Source of the DNA: Hydrolagus colliei
Lineage: Eukaryota
Reading direction: 5' to 3'
DNA: 64,000 nucleotides
NCBI GenBank assembly: GCA_035084275.1
Contig: CM068746.1
Location: 27,280,001-27,344,000 of the forward strand
The notes under the pieces were generated by a model that did not search any database, was not told the origin of the DNA, and worked only from the letters and a program-made list of their open reading frames with translations. The translations under genes and the position numbers were made by a program. Below, piece after piece: positions 1-12,625 of the stretch (its first letter is position 1; each line of letters starts with the position of its first letter).

Positions 1-230
1 AGGAATATATGCTGACATATCTTTTAGAGTTCTGGTGTTATCTGATGCTCTGTGTGAACATGTGACTGGTGACCTGAAGGATTCATAAAGATCATTCAAC
101 TTAACATTTTTAATGTGTTTTGCCCATAAAATATCCAGTCAATTCACTTTACAGAATATTCTGTGAAGCTCCTTGAGTCTCAAAAACATGATAAGATGCT
201 AGATAAAATGCAAATATTATTATTATCATC
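1..230 (+). mobile_element. SINE 3' fragment
   Basis: Contains the SINE tail repeated throughout the window: cccataaaatatccagtcaattcactttacagaatattctgtgaagc...aaatgcaaatattattattat. Confidence 0.75.
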
Positions 231-244
231 CAACTGTTATTATC

Positions 245-388
245 TGACCCCATCACCTCCACCTCTCATCCTTCCCCCTATCCTGCCCCCCACCTTGCTC
301 GGGTCCTGACCCCTGACTGTTCAATGCCTTGGGATGTCCTCCTGACATGAAAAGTGCTATACAAATGTAATTTTGTTATGTTTGTTGC
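245..388 (+). mobile_element. L2 LINE 3' UTR and (GTT)n tail
   Basis: C-rich UTR then gccttgggatgtcctcctgacatgaaaagtgctatacaaatgtaattttgtt, matching the tail of the L2 at 36410-37155. Confidence 0.75.
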
Positions 389-389
389 A

Positions 390-1275
390 AAGCCAGTTGA
401 GTTGGATGAAAATGGGGGTGATGGGGTCATGGAGCTTGGTGCGGAAGAGGACGCAGGCTGCAGAGTTCTGGATGATCTGCAGCCTGTGGAGGAAGAAGTT
501 GTGGGAGGCAGACAAGCAGGCCATTGGCATAGTCGAGCCTGGTTGGGATGAAGGCATGAATGTGTGTTTCAGCAGCCTTAGGGGGTAAGTATTGGCAGAG
601 TCGGGCAATATTGCGGAGGTGAGGGAAGGCAGAAAGGCTCATGGCAGGATGTGGGGGAGAAAAGACTGTTGAGGAGTGAGCAAGACACCTAGGTTCCTGA
701 TTGGCTTGGTGAGGTGGAGTGTGCAACCATGGAAATTGATACTGCCAGTGCCTGAGGTACGGAGGTGTTGGCATGAGCCAATCGGTCTTGTTGACATTAA
801 ACTGTAGAAAGTTAGCTCTCATCCAGGACAAGCAGTATGTCAGGACATCAGTGGTCCAGGAATTGAGGGTGGAGGCAGAAAGATGAAGTTGGGTATCATA
901 TGCATACATATGGAAGTTGACCCCATGACTGCGGATAATGTCACCAAGGGGAAGCATACAGATGTTGAAAAGGCGAGGGCCAAGGACAGAGTCCTGGGGG
1001 AAGCCATACAGTGACAGTGCGGGCTGGAGGAGAAGCTGAGAGGTAAGATTCGAATCAGGCAAGGGCAGGACTGCGAAGATTGAGCTGAGAGTAGAGGTGG
1101 TGTAGAAGTGGTCGACAGTGTCAAAGGTGGCAGAGCAGTCGAGGAGGATATGGAGGCAGAGGGAGCCCTGATCGCAGATGTTTAGAATATCCTTAGAGAC
1201 TTTGACCAGGGCTTTCCGTGCTGTGGGCAAAATGGAAGCTAGATTGGAGGAGTCAGATAGGGAATCGCGAGAAAG
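390..1275 (-). mobile_element. L2 LINE ORF2 reverse-transcriptase fragment (frameshifted)
   Basis: Translation contains LLDCSATFDTVDH, PQDSVLGPRLF, FHMYAYDTQL (degenerate YADD), WMRANFLQFNVNKT and AETHIHAFIPTRLDYANGLL, all L2-clade RT motifs. Confidence 0.92.
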
Positions 1276-1344
1276 AAAATAGTGAAGACTAACAACAAAA
1301 CAAAATTATATTTATGGAGCATCTTTCACGTCGGAAGGACTAAG

Positions 1345-1730
1345 ACAGTAACCTGCTATATAGTGGAATCATGTTGTCCAGTGGTCGCAAATGAGAAACC
1401 TGAGTCTGGTTCCTGGCAGGGCAAATCGTTGGGCACATTACCTTACTCCATGCCTCTGTTTACCTAGCAATAAGTACCTAGCAATAAGCCCAGTTATAAG
1501 TCGATTAGCAGATCACTATTCCACAGGTAATAATTCCTTCAAAAAAACCATGATCAGTTGATCACTTCAATCCATGACTGTCTGGGGGACACTGCTGTGC
1601 GCAATTGGCTGCTGCATTTTGCCCACAACATATACAGTCAATTCACTTTACCATACATTATGTGAAACGCTCTTGAGATGTTGCGAAGACATGATAAAGC
1701 ACTATATCAAATGCAAAGATTATTATTATA
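1345..1730 (+). mobile_element. tRNA-headed SINE (diverged)
   Basis: Degenerate tRNA-like head, body gggacactgctgtgcgcaattggctgc and tail atcaaatgcaaagattattattat. Internal 14-bp tandem duplication tacctagcaataag at about 1461-1488. Confidence 0.8.
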
Positions 1731-3249
1731 TAAGTGCACATTGTTGTGCTTACAAGATTGGTTCAGATGAAGAAGGCCTTTCGGCGTATTTGGTCTTATC
1801 CTTCCAGAATAGCCGACCATCTTCCAAACACAGCATCAAACTGTGTTTTATTAAATGAGTGCAGCGCCCTAGCCTGAACCTTCAGTCAATCAATAATAAT
1901 TACATTTACATAGCACCTTTCACGTTGGGAGGACATCCCTTTTTCGGACATGAGCTAACATTTTGCCTGCACGTTCTACACATTTCTCCTCAGGCTTATG
2001 CTTGACTTGTGCCTCACATTTTGTGGCAACCAAAGCATTTTTTATTTGGTCTGCTGTGCATATGCACAATCACATCACCATGATGTGATGTATTCAACTG
2101 GATTGAGAGTACCACAGATGCACGCCAGTTACAAATGGACAGCTACAAATACAATTTTCCTGTGTCTAAAATTTAATGTGCCCTCTCCTCACCTTGAAGG
2201 GATGCACCTTGCTTACCTAATTCCAGTGAGTTTTAGGTGCACTGGACAAATATTAGACCCTATTGTGTATTGGAATGTTAACCAGTTAAAACCGCATAGT
2301 CTGCAATTGAAACCACTGCCTGGCAAGCATCCAATTGCTTGTCCAGCTGGGACTATCCTACACATTAGGGCTTTGGCTTGCAGTGTTAACAGGAGCCAAG
2401 AATATATGCTCCTCGAGACTTTTCTGTCCCTCTAAGTCCTCCCGACAAGCCAGGCTGACTGGTCTGTCATCAGCTGTGCCCATCTCAGCTCCACTGAGAC
2501 CCCGCTTAACCTCCCACCAAGGAGTACAGTCCCTGTTTTGTCATTAATCATGGTTGAGTAGAATGAGCCAAAAGCAAATTGTGCTGGAGCCTGGCTGCTG
2601 AGATCACTTTTGAGAGCACATTGACTTGCACTGCTGCAGTATAAATACAGCTGGTGTGAGTCCATTTGGGCTCAACTCAGAAATGGCCCTTACAAGTGCG
2701 TGGTCGCTCCATGTGGTCAGCTGTTTAATAAGGTTTGAGAACTAACATCCGATATTGGAGTTCTTCACATTGGCAGGTTTCTCCTCCGCCTTGGGCAATG
2801 CGATTAGGAGTAGGAAGTATAAATCAGGCTTCCAGCTCCTAATTGCTTCACTGCTGGAAGCGATATCGCTTCACTTCCAGCAGTATAAACTGGGCATTAA
2901 TCTAACTCACATCAGATTTAGTCTAATTGACCTTGTAACCAGAGAGAAGACCAAATTGTTTAATCTGTGAAGAAATATGTGGGTTAGCAAAAAAATAAAG
3001 CAAGTTATCCCTTGATTTCATAAATGACAATAAATTGGAGGCTTTTCTCTGCTTTGTTTTCTCCCCAAATAATATTTCTGAATAACAAGTGGAATTCATT
3101 TTGGAGGCAAGTAAAGCAACACACATAATGCCAGTAACAAAGGTACCAGGCTTGAATATTTTCTCATGAATCTTTATTAAAATACCTTAAGTTATCCTAT
3201 CAACTCCTTATTTACTTATCGTTTGTCCATTTGATCTAGGTAACGCCTT

Positions 3250-3500
3250 ATCATGTCATTGAGACATGCACTTTGCAGGAGTTACTGTGCAGTACATTAA
3301 CTGTCCCACAAATAGCCATGAAGTGAACAGCCAGTAATATCCCACAGTCTTGAAGTGAATGACTATTTTTTAGGGGATTGTTAGCTAGCGTATCAGGAAA
3401 GAGAAACTCCCTTCTCTTTTTGAATAGTGTGATGGGATCTTTCATATCCACCTGAATGGGCAGACAGTACCTTGGTTTAACATCATCAATGACAGCATCT
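3250..3500 (-). mobile_element. Deu-domain-type SINE fragment
   Basis: aactcccttctctttttgaatagtgtgatgggatctttcatatccacctgaa matches the core repeated at about 12400, 25400, 37300 and 50750. Confidence 0.7.
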
Positions 3501-3681
3501 CCGAAAAGAAACAGAGATAAAATAAGCTGTTTCTCTTGGGAACAGTATAAATTGGTTAATGCAATCCAGGAGATTATTGCATGACCAGTACATTTTAGAT
3601 CCCTATATATTTTCACTGTATTCGTGCTAGGAAATAATGGCATTAAATAAACCTTGCGTTTAATATGAAAATGCAAATAGT

Positions 3682-3881
3682 GGAGTCCTGAGTCTCAGTA
3701 GTTAGAGAACTTGCCTTACAAAGGAGAGACCTAGGTTCGAGTCCAGGAAGGTCAGGGAGAAACCTTGGGCAAGTTTCCTTACTCCACAAACCTAATAATA
3801 AATACTCAAAATAACAATACAATTGGTAATTTCAATCCACAACTGTGTGTAGGACACTGCTGTGCGCAATTGGCTGCAGCA
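3682..3881 (+). mobile_element. tRNA-headed SINE, 5' two-thirds
   Basis: Head ggagtcctg...ctcagtagttagag (A box) and ggttcgagtcc (B box), then aaaccttgggcaagtttccttactccac. Confidence 0.85.
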
Positions 3882-4165
3882 CTTTTCACATCTTATCGAC
3901 GTCTCAAAGCGCTTCACAGAATATACTGTAAAGTTAATTGACTATATTTGTGGGCAAAATGTGGCAGCCAATTGCACACACCAGTGACCCACAAACAGTC
4001 GTGGATTGAAATGACCAATTTTATTCTTGTGTCTTTTTTGATGGATTATTATTAGGCGCTGGAGTAAGGAAACTTGCCCAAGGTTTCGCCCTGATTTGCC
4101 TGGATTTGAACACAGTTTTCTCGCTTGTAAGACTAGTGCTCTAACCACTGAGCCACAGGAGCTCC
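3882..4165 (-). mobile_element. tRNA-headed SINE, inverted against the preceding copy
   Basis: Reverse complement gives ggagctcctgtggctcagtggttagagcact head, body and partial tail. Confidence 0.88.
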
Positions 4166-6524
4166 TCTATTGTGATCAACTCACTAATGTGTTCAGTTTT
4201 TTATTCTTTTTCATTTGAATAATGTGCGTACTACATTAATACAGACTCACTATTGAGGTCAATCTTGGAGACCTTCCAACCTGTTGAAGCACTATATCAA
4301 GTGCAAGTAATGTATCATTTTATTATTATGAATTAAGTGTAAGCTATTCACTGCTCAAGTACAGCATACATTGGTAAAATGCATAGTTTGTAACATGTTG
4401 AATAATACAATCTAATTTTCTCCAAATAACAGAAACATAACAAGTCTTAATAGAAAAATGCAGTTCATCGAAAAAAAAGACATTGAATCCACGATCCCAA
4501 AACAGCAGGATTGCAACACAAAGTTACTTGAACAGGAATAATCCGATGCTGCTTAACTCACATTCCTATTAAACTGGGTTCCTGTGTGCCTGTTCAGGTA
4601 GTCATGTACTGGCCAACAATTCCCCAGAATTGGTCATTCATTTCATGGCTGTTGGTGGGTCATTGTTGTGCACAAATTGGCTACTGCATGTGCTCACAAA
4701 TTACAATCACTGCATTTGCAGTGAATCATACAAAGCATTTTGAGACTCCTCCTGACGTGAAAGGCATTTTATCAAATGCAGAGATTGTTACTATCCCAAA
4801 CATTACTCCCTCATATCTCAGTAGTTGAAACCCTTTGCTCCTACTGTTCCATGGAGCAGATCCCTGAGTTACTCTGTTATTTTATGGGGGGGCGGGGGGG
4901 GGGATTCAGTAGTGATTTGGGTATTAGGGCCAACATCTGCTATTTGGGAAAATCTACTGAGGTGTGCCATGGGGAAGACAGAGTCAGCCAGTGAATCTGA
5001 AAACCCCTGAGGAAAGGAAGAGTAATGGAGAAGATGAAGTGAAAATATGCAAGGTGTCTTAAGATTATTTCACCAACAGGCCACCAGGGAACGATGCACC
5101 CTCTGTAGACGACAAGGGATCTGCTTCACATCCCCACTCGGCTCCCCAGAGATTAAATATTCACTCTGGTAAAGAGAAACATCATGTTACAAAATAAATC
5201 TTTGTAGCTGTGACTCCATTCACAGATTCCAACAGGAGGTAGTAAACACACATATACACACACAGACACAACAACAAGGCTTGCTTTGTGCTTTCACTTC
5301 AGTATGCCCCTGCTATGTAAATAAATTACTGTGTGTAAAGGGGTCCAAAATAATTTGATTGTAGGTCAATTTGAGGTTTTAATTCAGTTGAATTTTCCCT
5401 TAAAATCCCACGTGATGCAGTTAAGAATTACAGCCATTCTATGAATGATGCTGGATATCCCGGGGCCATATATTCTAATGGATTTGTGCCTGCAGAATAC
5501 AGTAACTACACCTTACAATAAATCCTGCGAAGCGCTTTGAAACAACCTCCCATCATAATGGCCCTATATATCAACTGTGAGGATCATTATTATTTTAGGA
5601 TTATTTCTTATGCAATATACTTGTTTTAGTGACTACTATAAGATGTAGTGCTTTATCACTTTATTCAATGGCTCACGCAGGATTTTACTGTCAAGTTCGT
5701 TGAATGCATTTGAAGGCAACACTAACACCATATCTGTATCCTGAGCATTAAAGCAATGAATGAAATAATTATTATGTTTCAAATGTTATCTTCTGTCCAG
5801 AACTTAAACAGAACTTAAGTGCTATTGACTTTTCTCTTTCTGTCATAAATATCATAGTAGTTTTTGACATTCTGTCGTGTACAAATAAATATTAATTCCA
5901 TATGGAAAGAAAATCACTGGAGCGTAAACGGATTTCTGTTTTTATTGTGGTGAATTAGGAGGCACAGTTTAAAAAAAGAAAGTGTTTCAGAAGCACAGAG
6001 AATCTTCAAATGACGCAGCTTCTTCATTTTTAATAAAAATAAGTTGCTTTTCTTCCATGAAAGTTCAACTGTTGTATTCTTGAGTTTATTATTTTTCTGT
6101 CACTGAGGGAATGAAGTCAAGCTTCAAAGATTTTAAGTGTAGTAGCTATTTTATTGATTAGCTATGTTAATAATAAATGCTAGTTTAGCCACAGAAGTAG
6201 TTTGGCTTCCACCAATGAAGTGATTAGATAGGCAAATTGGGGAGCAATGCCAAGTTTTAATGAAAACAAATATTTGACTTCTTAACAAACTCTTAATTTA
6301 TTGATATAAACTACCCTACAAAATAAGAAGCACAGTATTCTGGTTCAATAGAGCTTCCAATCCCGATCAACTTTGATGTGTTAAAAAAAAATTGGTGTAG
6401 GGGGGCGGGGTACTATTTTATATTTCACTTTTGACTTTTAATAATTATCGTAATTAATAATTGCACAAAATAGTTCGAAGTGCCAAGTTCAATTATTATT
6501 GAATTGACCATATGGAATACATTT

Positions 6525-6738
6525 TGAAACAAAAACAGAAGTTGCTGGGAAAACTCAGCAGATCAGGCAGCATCCATGGAGAAAGGAAAATGAGTCAATG
6601 TTTCGGGGCAATGACCCTTCGTCAGAACCCGAAATGTTGACTCACTTTCCTTTCTCCATGGATGCTGCCTGATCTGCTGAGTATTCCCAGCAACTTCTGT
6701 TTTTGTTTCAGATTTCCAGCATCTGTAGTATTTTGTGA
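6525..6738. mobile_element. Penelope-like terminal-repeat palindrome with decayed hammerhead core
   Basis: Inverted arms at about 6525-6606 and 6628-6710. Minus strand reads gttCTGACGAagggtcattgccccGAAAcatt. Flanked by ggaatacattttg (6514-6526) and ggaatatattttg (6739-6751). Confidence 0.75.
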
Positions 6739-6904
6739 GGAATATATTTTGGTTTGGCAGGGCAAGGGTTAACACAATACAGAAATTGCCTACTGGGGTT
6801 CATAGGCATGAATGACAAAAAAACGCAAGTGTGATTCCTCCCAGAAAATGAAGCGTAAAGAATGCATGTGTGAAGTGTACCTTCAATGTCATTGTGCCAG
6901 ATTC

Positions 6905-7500
6905 GTAGGACTCATTTCTGAGACAGAAAGATGTGGGTTCAATCCTTGCATTTGGTGTTTCAAAGCACATAGCTGACATGCCAATGCAGAGATGCTACGT
7001 TACTTGAAGTCTTATTCTGTTTGTGCCCCTGGCTCGACATTGGGCTCTGCCACTGTGAAGCTCTCCGAGACACTGTCTAGAGTGAAGGGCACTATATAAA
7101 TGCAAGTTTTCACTGCTGTGTGGAATTAGCTGCTGTGTTTCACCCACAAAATATACAGTCAATTAACTTTTCAGAAATTCTGTGCAAAGCGCTAAATCAA
7201 ATGCGAGGATTATTTATTATTATAACTTGTACGCCACTCCTCTAACCGCCCCTTTCACTAACTTAATGCAGGTATGTCGCTTGATCCCTCCATGCTGACA
7301 TTGGAGGTTGTGCCTTCTACCATAGACCCCTAACCTGCCTCAAACTCCACGCCTTGACCCCTCTTCATCTATCATTAAATTCTACCTGAATTCCCACCTC
7401 TTTAACAATGCATGTGGTCACATCATCCTTGTCTCTTGCCCAAGATCCAACCCGACTGCAGCGCAGCGCTCTGAGACACTAACACGGGTGAAGGATTCCT
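6905..7500 (+). mobile_element. Cluster of SINE head, L2 tails, SINE tail and L2 3' fragment
   Basis: tRNA-like head (gtgggttcaatcc), tail gtgaagggcactatataaatgcaag, SINE tail at about 7120-7220, then a degraded L2 3' end. Confidence 0.55.
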
Positions 7501-10039
7501 GTTATGGGAACTTTGGTATCCACCTGAACAAGCAGAACTATTAGCCCACCACAATATCCGAGTTACACGTGCACAGAACTGTACTGTAAGAAGTACACAT
7601 GAGAATGTTCATTGAAAAAAATTACATTGGTGTATTATATGAATTTGATAAAAGTTTAACATGCCCCATTTCAAAGTTGACTTATGTATCCAAAACAATT
7701 CAGATCCTTTTCTGTGTCTAAAATGACTGTAACTATTCCTGGTGCGGGGTATTCAGCAGTACATCAATAGAGAAAATGATTGGTGTGCTGTACCACCATC
7801 ACATTGTTATTTAGAATGAATGTTGTGGAACTTCATACATTTCAATGACTTTAATACTGGTTGAAAATGTGAACTCAGACACATTTTTCATCCTGTTGCT
7901 TAATGCCGTGTAGTGGGCAATTTCAGTGGGTAACTTAATGCCATCAATAAAATTGCAGTCAATTATCTGTGATGTTTTTAAATCGACAATTTGTCTTTTG
8001 CAGTTTATCTTCTGCTCTTGCAAAAGCACCAAAGATCTGGCACTGTTCTACAATGTTGATGCATTAACTCTATTTAATTGTCAGCAGTGCTAATATTTTA
8101 TTGTGGCAGTCAATTAGTGCCCAGCAATGTAACACAAACAGCCATGAAGTCAATGACCAATTTTATCCGGGGGACTGTTGGCCAGGACACTGCGAGAACC
8201 AAGATAACAAGATATCTTGCTCCAAGAATGGAGAACTCCATGTGGGACAATCAAAAATGTTAAATTTCACTCCAGCTTTAACATAGAATAGCAGCAGTGC
8301 AGTCCATTTAAGAAATGATTCAAAAAGAGCACCTGATTATGTCACGAGTGAACATGTTAGCATGAGAATGAACGGAATGGGTACATTTTGTGTTCTTTCT
8401 TGATCTCGTTAAGAAATCCTGCAAATTTGACCATAAAATAGCCAGAGTCGGTGAGTTGTAAATTCCATTACTCCTACAACTTAACCATATTGGTCATGGA
8501 CAACACCTGCTGGTATAAACATTGCTAGGATTCCATGCCACCTGTGAGTTAACTCCCATCGGGTTGAAAAGATTGATTTGATTTGTGGAAGACTAAGACA
8601 GTCAGGATGAATTTCTATGCACTTATCACATCTGACAGAGGGCATCAGTATTGTTTGTGTTTTGGCAAGTCTGGGGGTGGCATGGATGGTGCGGAAGAAT
8701 TAACTCTTCACTTCTAATAAAAAAAGCTGCCCTTTGCAAAAGAGATCAAGCCACTTTAGCTCATGTCATACTATATGATTGAATCGTACTTGTAAACCTT
8801 TACAAAATAAAAGTCTGGTGTTTTTTTTCTCCAGAAAATAAACAAAACTGCTCTTATTCCGTTCTACACAATTGTGCTCTATTCCGACAGCAAATAAGTC
8901 TGGGTTCTTTGCTGACAATATAACTGCAATTGTTCATTCTCGCTCCTCACAGATGGAGGCCTGATGCTACTTATCAAATTGTTTAATCTCCTCCTTCAAG
9001 TATTGCTAGGCTGGTGCTACATTTACTGGATGGCAAACAAATGATAGCCCCAATAGATTTTTAAATGCAAGTTGTTGTTGTTTTTAAAACTATTGTTTAA
9101 TTTTCAATTCTAGACTGCTGCAATAAGCTGTACCATGTGAGAGTGGCAGTGGATTGATATAATTCTTGAATTGCCCTTTCAAACCTATATAAACTTGGTG
9201 TCTTTTACAATTTACTACCCCACGTTCAGCAATGATCAGTCACAGTTTGGGCTGGGGCGCTGGTGTCCATTATTTAGTTAGTATTTGCAATGAAGAAAAT
9301 CTGCTGATATCACACACTTAACCTTCTCAGGACTTTGAAGGGAAATCGCAAAGCAAGCCCAAACCCAATTTGTATAGAACCCTGAGAATTAACTGGGGGA
9401 GTAGAACTTCATCCCAGCGTCTAGTCTAGATTTAACTCCAAAGATTAAAGGCTGACTCATCAGAAATCTCATTCCACATCTCCTTTGAGTCTATTTATTT
9501 GGAATTCTAAATAGATTTAGTTCCAATGGCAAAAGTGGAAGAATCCACTTGAAAGATTTCCTTGGCCTGATAATGTGGGAGAATCGGGAAAATATAGTAA
9601 TTAACTCATTAGGGTTTTTGTATAATTGTAACTCTTCCTTGTATATGGTTATTAAATGCCTTTGAAACAAATGCTCTCAATTGTATAATTCGTACTTTCC
9701 AATTAACTCAAAGTTATGAATGTCGTACACATAAACATACCAGACCTGTCTAATCGTAGTTTCTTCTGGTTTAATTTGTTTCAAAATGAGACTTGTTATT
9801 GATATTTGTTCTTGAATAAACTAGCAGGGTAATCAGGTTATCAACTAATTGCTGATACATTGGCTATATCAACATTGGATAAGTTAACGTTTAAGTCAAA
9901 ACATTGTTAAAACTTACCTTCAATACTGAATGTTCTGGATTATTGATTCATAATGAACCATTGATGTTTACCATCTTATCTTCCTGCTGCTATAGAATAC
10001 TTCTTTGCTTGATTATCTCCCGTTGGATCAAGAGGAGGT

Positions 10040-10170
10040 CGGGGTTGTGAAGGGCAATTTTTCTGACAGATGCCAGGAATTATTTCTGTACAGAGAGAGT
10101 AAATGATAGCTGAATGGGTTACAAGAGAATCATGGTGGAGGCCAGGAATCCTCTCTCAGTAAAGTCTTAA
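10040..10170 (+). mobile_element. CR1 LINE 3' fragment (old)
   Basis: acagatgccaggaattatttctgtacagagagag...gaatgggttac...gtggaggc resembles the CR1 3' region at 32070-32140. Confidence 0.5.
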
Positions 10171-10264
10171 TGCAATATAATTTACAATGCAATTTACATT
10201 TATGCAGTGGCTTTCACAGTGGGAGGATGTCTCAGAACGTTTAACTTTGACTAAATTGCAATTG

Positions 10265-10721
10265 GTCTTAGTAGCATCTAATGACATGTCTGTGTTTTCT
10301 GTATGCTCATTATCTTCTGTATCAATTTATATTTTCTTTAGCCTTAAATCCTTTAAGGAATGGCTGTAATGGGAAGATGGTTGGGTGGGGATTCTGGAAG
10401 GATGAGGTCAGATGATTCAAAGACTCTTTTCCACCAATGCCTCTTTTGTGATCATGCTTTCAAGTCGAGAAAAGACCCAGGTTGCATTGCTTTAGCCGTA
10501 CGCACATATGGTGCAAACATAAATATCCCTGCATCATCAGTTTCACCCCAACTTCATCAACTTCTCTTTATAGTTGCTGGTTGCTAAGATCGTTCAACAC
10601 ATCCACAGTGGATATATTATTCCTAACCATGTTTAGTCTTTGTACTATCTAATGACACATCTGCTTTTTCTGCATATTTATTATTCTCTGTATCAATTTA
10701 TCTTTTCTTTTGTCCTTAAAT
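10265..10721. repeat. Diverged ~85-bp direct repeat pair (10265-10349 and 10636-10721)
   Basis: Both copies read gtctt.gta..atctaatgaca...ttttctg...ctgtatcaatttat.ttttcttt...ccttaaat. Confidence 0.85.
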
Positions 10722-11382
10722 AGTTCATCCTGAGGGGAAAATAGATACATAGGCATTATTTATCATTGTTCCTTTCCCTCATTGTGCCATGGTATTTCCC
10801 ATGGCAGAATTGTTTTTTTTATATAATTCATCCATCAATTTATTTTCTCTGCAGTTTTCTACATATCTGGTCACTGGTTTGGTTGACCAGTGCAATTCAT
10901 TAAATATAAGTGTTTGTTCTGGATCTAGTTTTGCTAGTTCTGGGTTGAATTGCTGGAATCCAATGCTTTTCTGCTCCCTGGCTCCATTTGTCCTTTATTT
11001 CTTTTGCCAGGTTCATTCTTTTTCGAATGGTGCCCTTAAAGTAGGAAATAGAAAAGCTGCATAATTGGATGACAGGAAAACAAAATGCCAGATAGACAAA
11101 CCTATGTAAATCTTTACACACTACTGGGCAGAGGAATGCTGTCAGGATTCATCATTATAAGGTCTGGCAGTCTTCTCTACTGGGATAATCTGTTGCCTTG
11201 CTGAACTCACTTTTTTTTTCTTTTTCAATGACAGCCTAGGGCCTCTTAGGCAACATATGTTTAAGGTCTTCCAGATATTCCTTCCAGTGGTGCAAATTGA
11301 TGGCCACATTGACAATTTATGCAAAACAGATGGTGTGTGTAAAGTCTCTGTCTCTCTTACATGAAGCTCAGGAATTTGGGTG

Positions 11383-12343
11383 TTGCATCTTTAAGCTGTA
11401 ATGACAAAACTATAACTTGGTAAACCAAACCTTTAGGCATAGTCAGTGGCATTACACCAGCTCAAATTATCTCATACATTTCAGATGCTCCACAGTCATA
11501 TGATCACTTCAGGCAGCTGTTAGTATGTTATAGGCATTTGGGTCACTGATATGTTGCCAGTCAGGCATTCCTGTTAAAGAGCCCATTGAGGAATGCATGT
11601 AATTGTAAAGTATTGAGAACAAAGGGTTTTATGGCTTGCCAAATGAATGGCCTTATTTTGGTGCCTCTCTCTAGCTAACTGTGGGCCTTGTGTGTGCTCT
11701 GCGCTGTCATGTTGCCACACAGCACAGTGCAGACTCCTATTGAATGGCCATGGGGTCACACAATAACCCATAATGTCATTCACTTACTTAGGGTAGGACA
11801 CAGACTTGTATTCTATATACAATAGATTATGCTCTCAACACTAATAAGTGAACCTAAATAAGTGAAAAATATTCTAGATCGATTGTAGAAGGACCAAATG
11901 CAGCAAAACAAATACTTATTCTGGTGATGTGTACTTTGATCTCCCAACAATGTCAGAGTTAGTCCTCTGTCATATTGTAACCTGCTTCATATGAGAATTC
12001 CACTCAGCAACACAGCCTTGGGTATACTTTCGGAATCCAACAACAGCATGTAATAATAATCCTTGCATTTGATGTATCATCTTATCATGTCATTGCAAAT
12101 GCTCAAAGCATAGCATGGGATTTTACTGTAAAATAGAGTGAATGTGTATTTTCTGGGCAAATGTGGCAGTCAATCCACACACAGCAATGTTCCTCAAACA
12201 GTTGTGGAGTGAATGAACAACAAAATTACACTTGTATAGCACCTTTCAAGTCAGAAGAACATCCCAAGGCGCTGGGAGAACAACTATGCCTAAAGGTTAG
12301 ATTTACCAAGTTATAGTTTTGTCATTACAGCTTTAGGATGCAA
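11383..12343. repeat. 61-bp inverted duplicate (11383-11443 and 12283-12343)
   Basis: 57/61 identical by manual alignment of the reverse complement. Confidence 0.93.
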
Positions 12344-12625
12344 ATTCCCCCAAACTAATTTTGTTTGGGGGATTGTTTGCCAGAACCCCAGGAAAAACTC
12401 CTTCTCTCTTTGAATAGTACTGTGGCATTTTAATGTCCATCTGGATAGCTAAATAGGACCTCAATTTAACATCTCATGCAAAGTACGACACCTCTGACAT
12501 TGCCACGCACGCACCGCTTTGCATTGGAGTGTCATCATAGACTATATGGGTTCCCAATCCCGACGTGGGGTTTGAACCTACAACCTTCCAACTCAGAGGT
12601 GAGAGTGCTACCAACTGAGCCAGAC
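12052..12625 (-). mobile_element. Near full-length Deu-domain-type SINE, interrupted at about 12218-12355
   Basis: Minus-strand head tggctcagttggtagcactctcacctctgag...ggttcaaacccc, Deu-like core, and tail atcaaatgcaaggattattatt. Confidence 0.82.

Noticed and set aside
427-1230. 267-aa ORF as a gene
   Set aside because: It is a frameshift mosaic of L2 RT with a broken YADD motif, so a dead LINE fragment.
8428-8496. miRNA-like hairpin
   Set aside because: Only short discontinuous stems, and no recognisable mature miRNA.
11383-12343. DNA transposon bounded by 61-bp TIRs
   Set aside because: No TSD, and a SINE straddles the right-hand copy; a templated insertion fits better.
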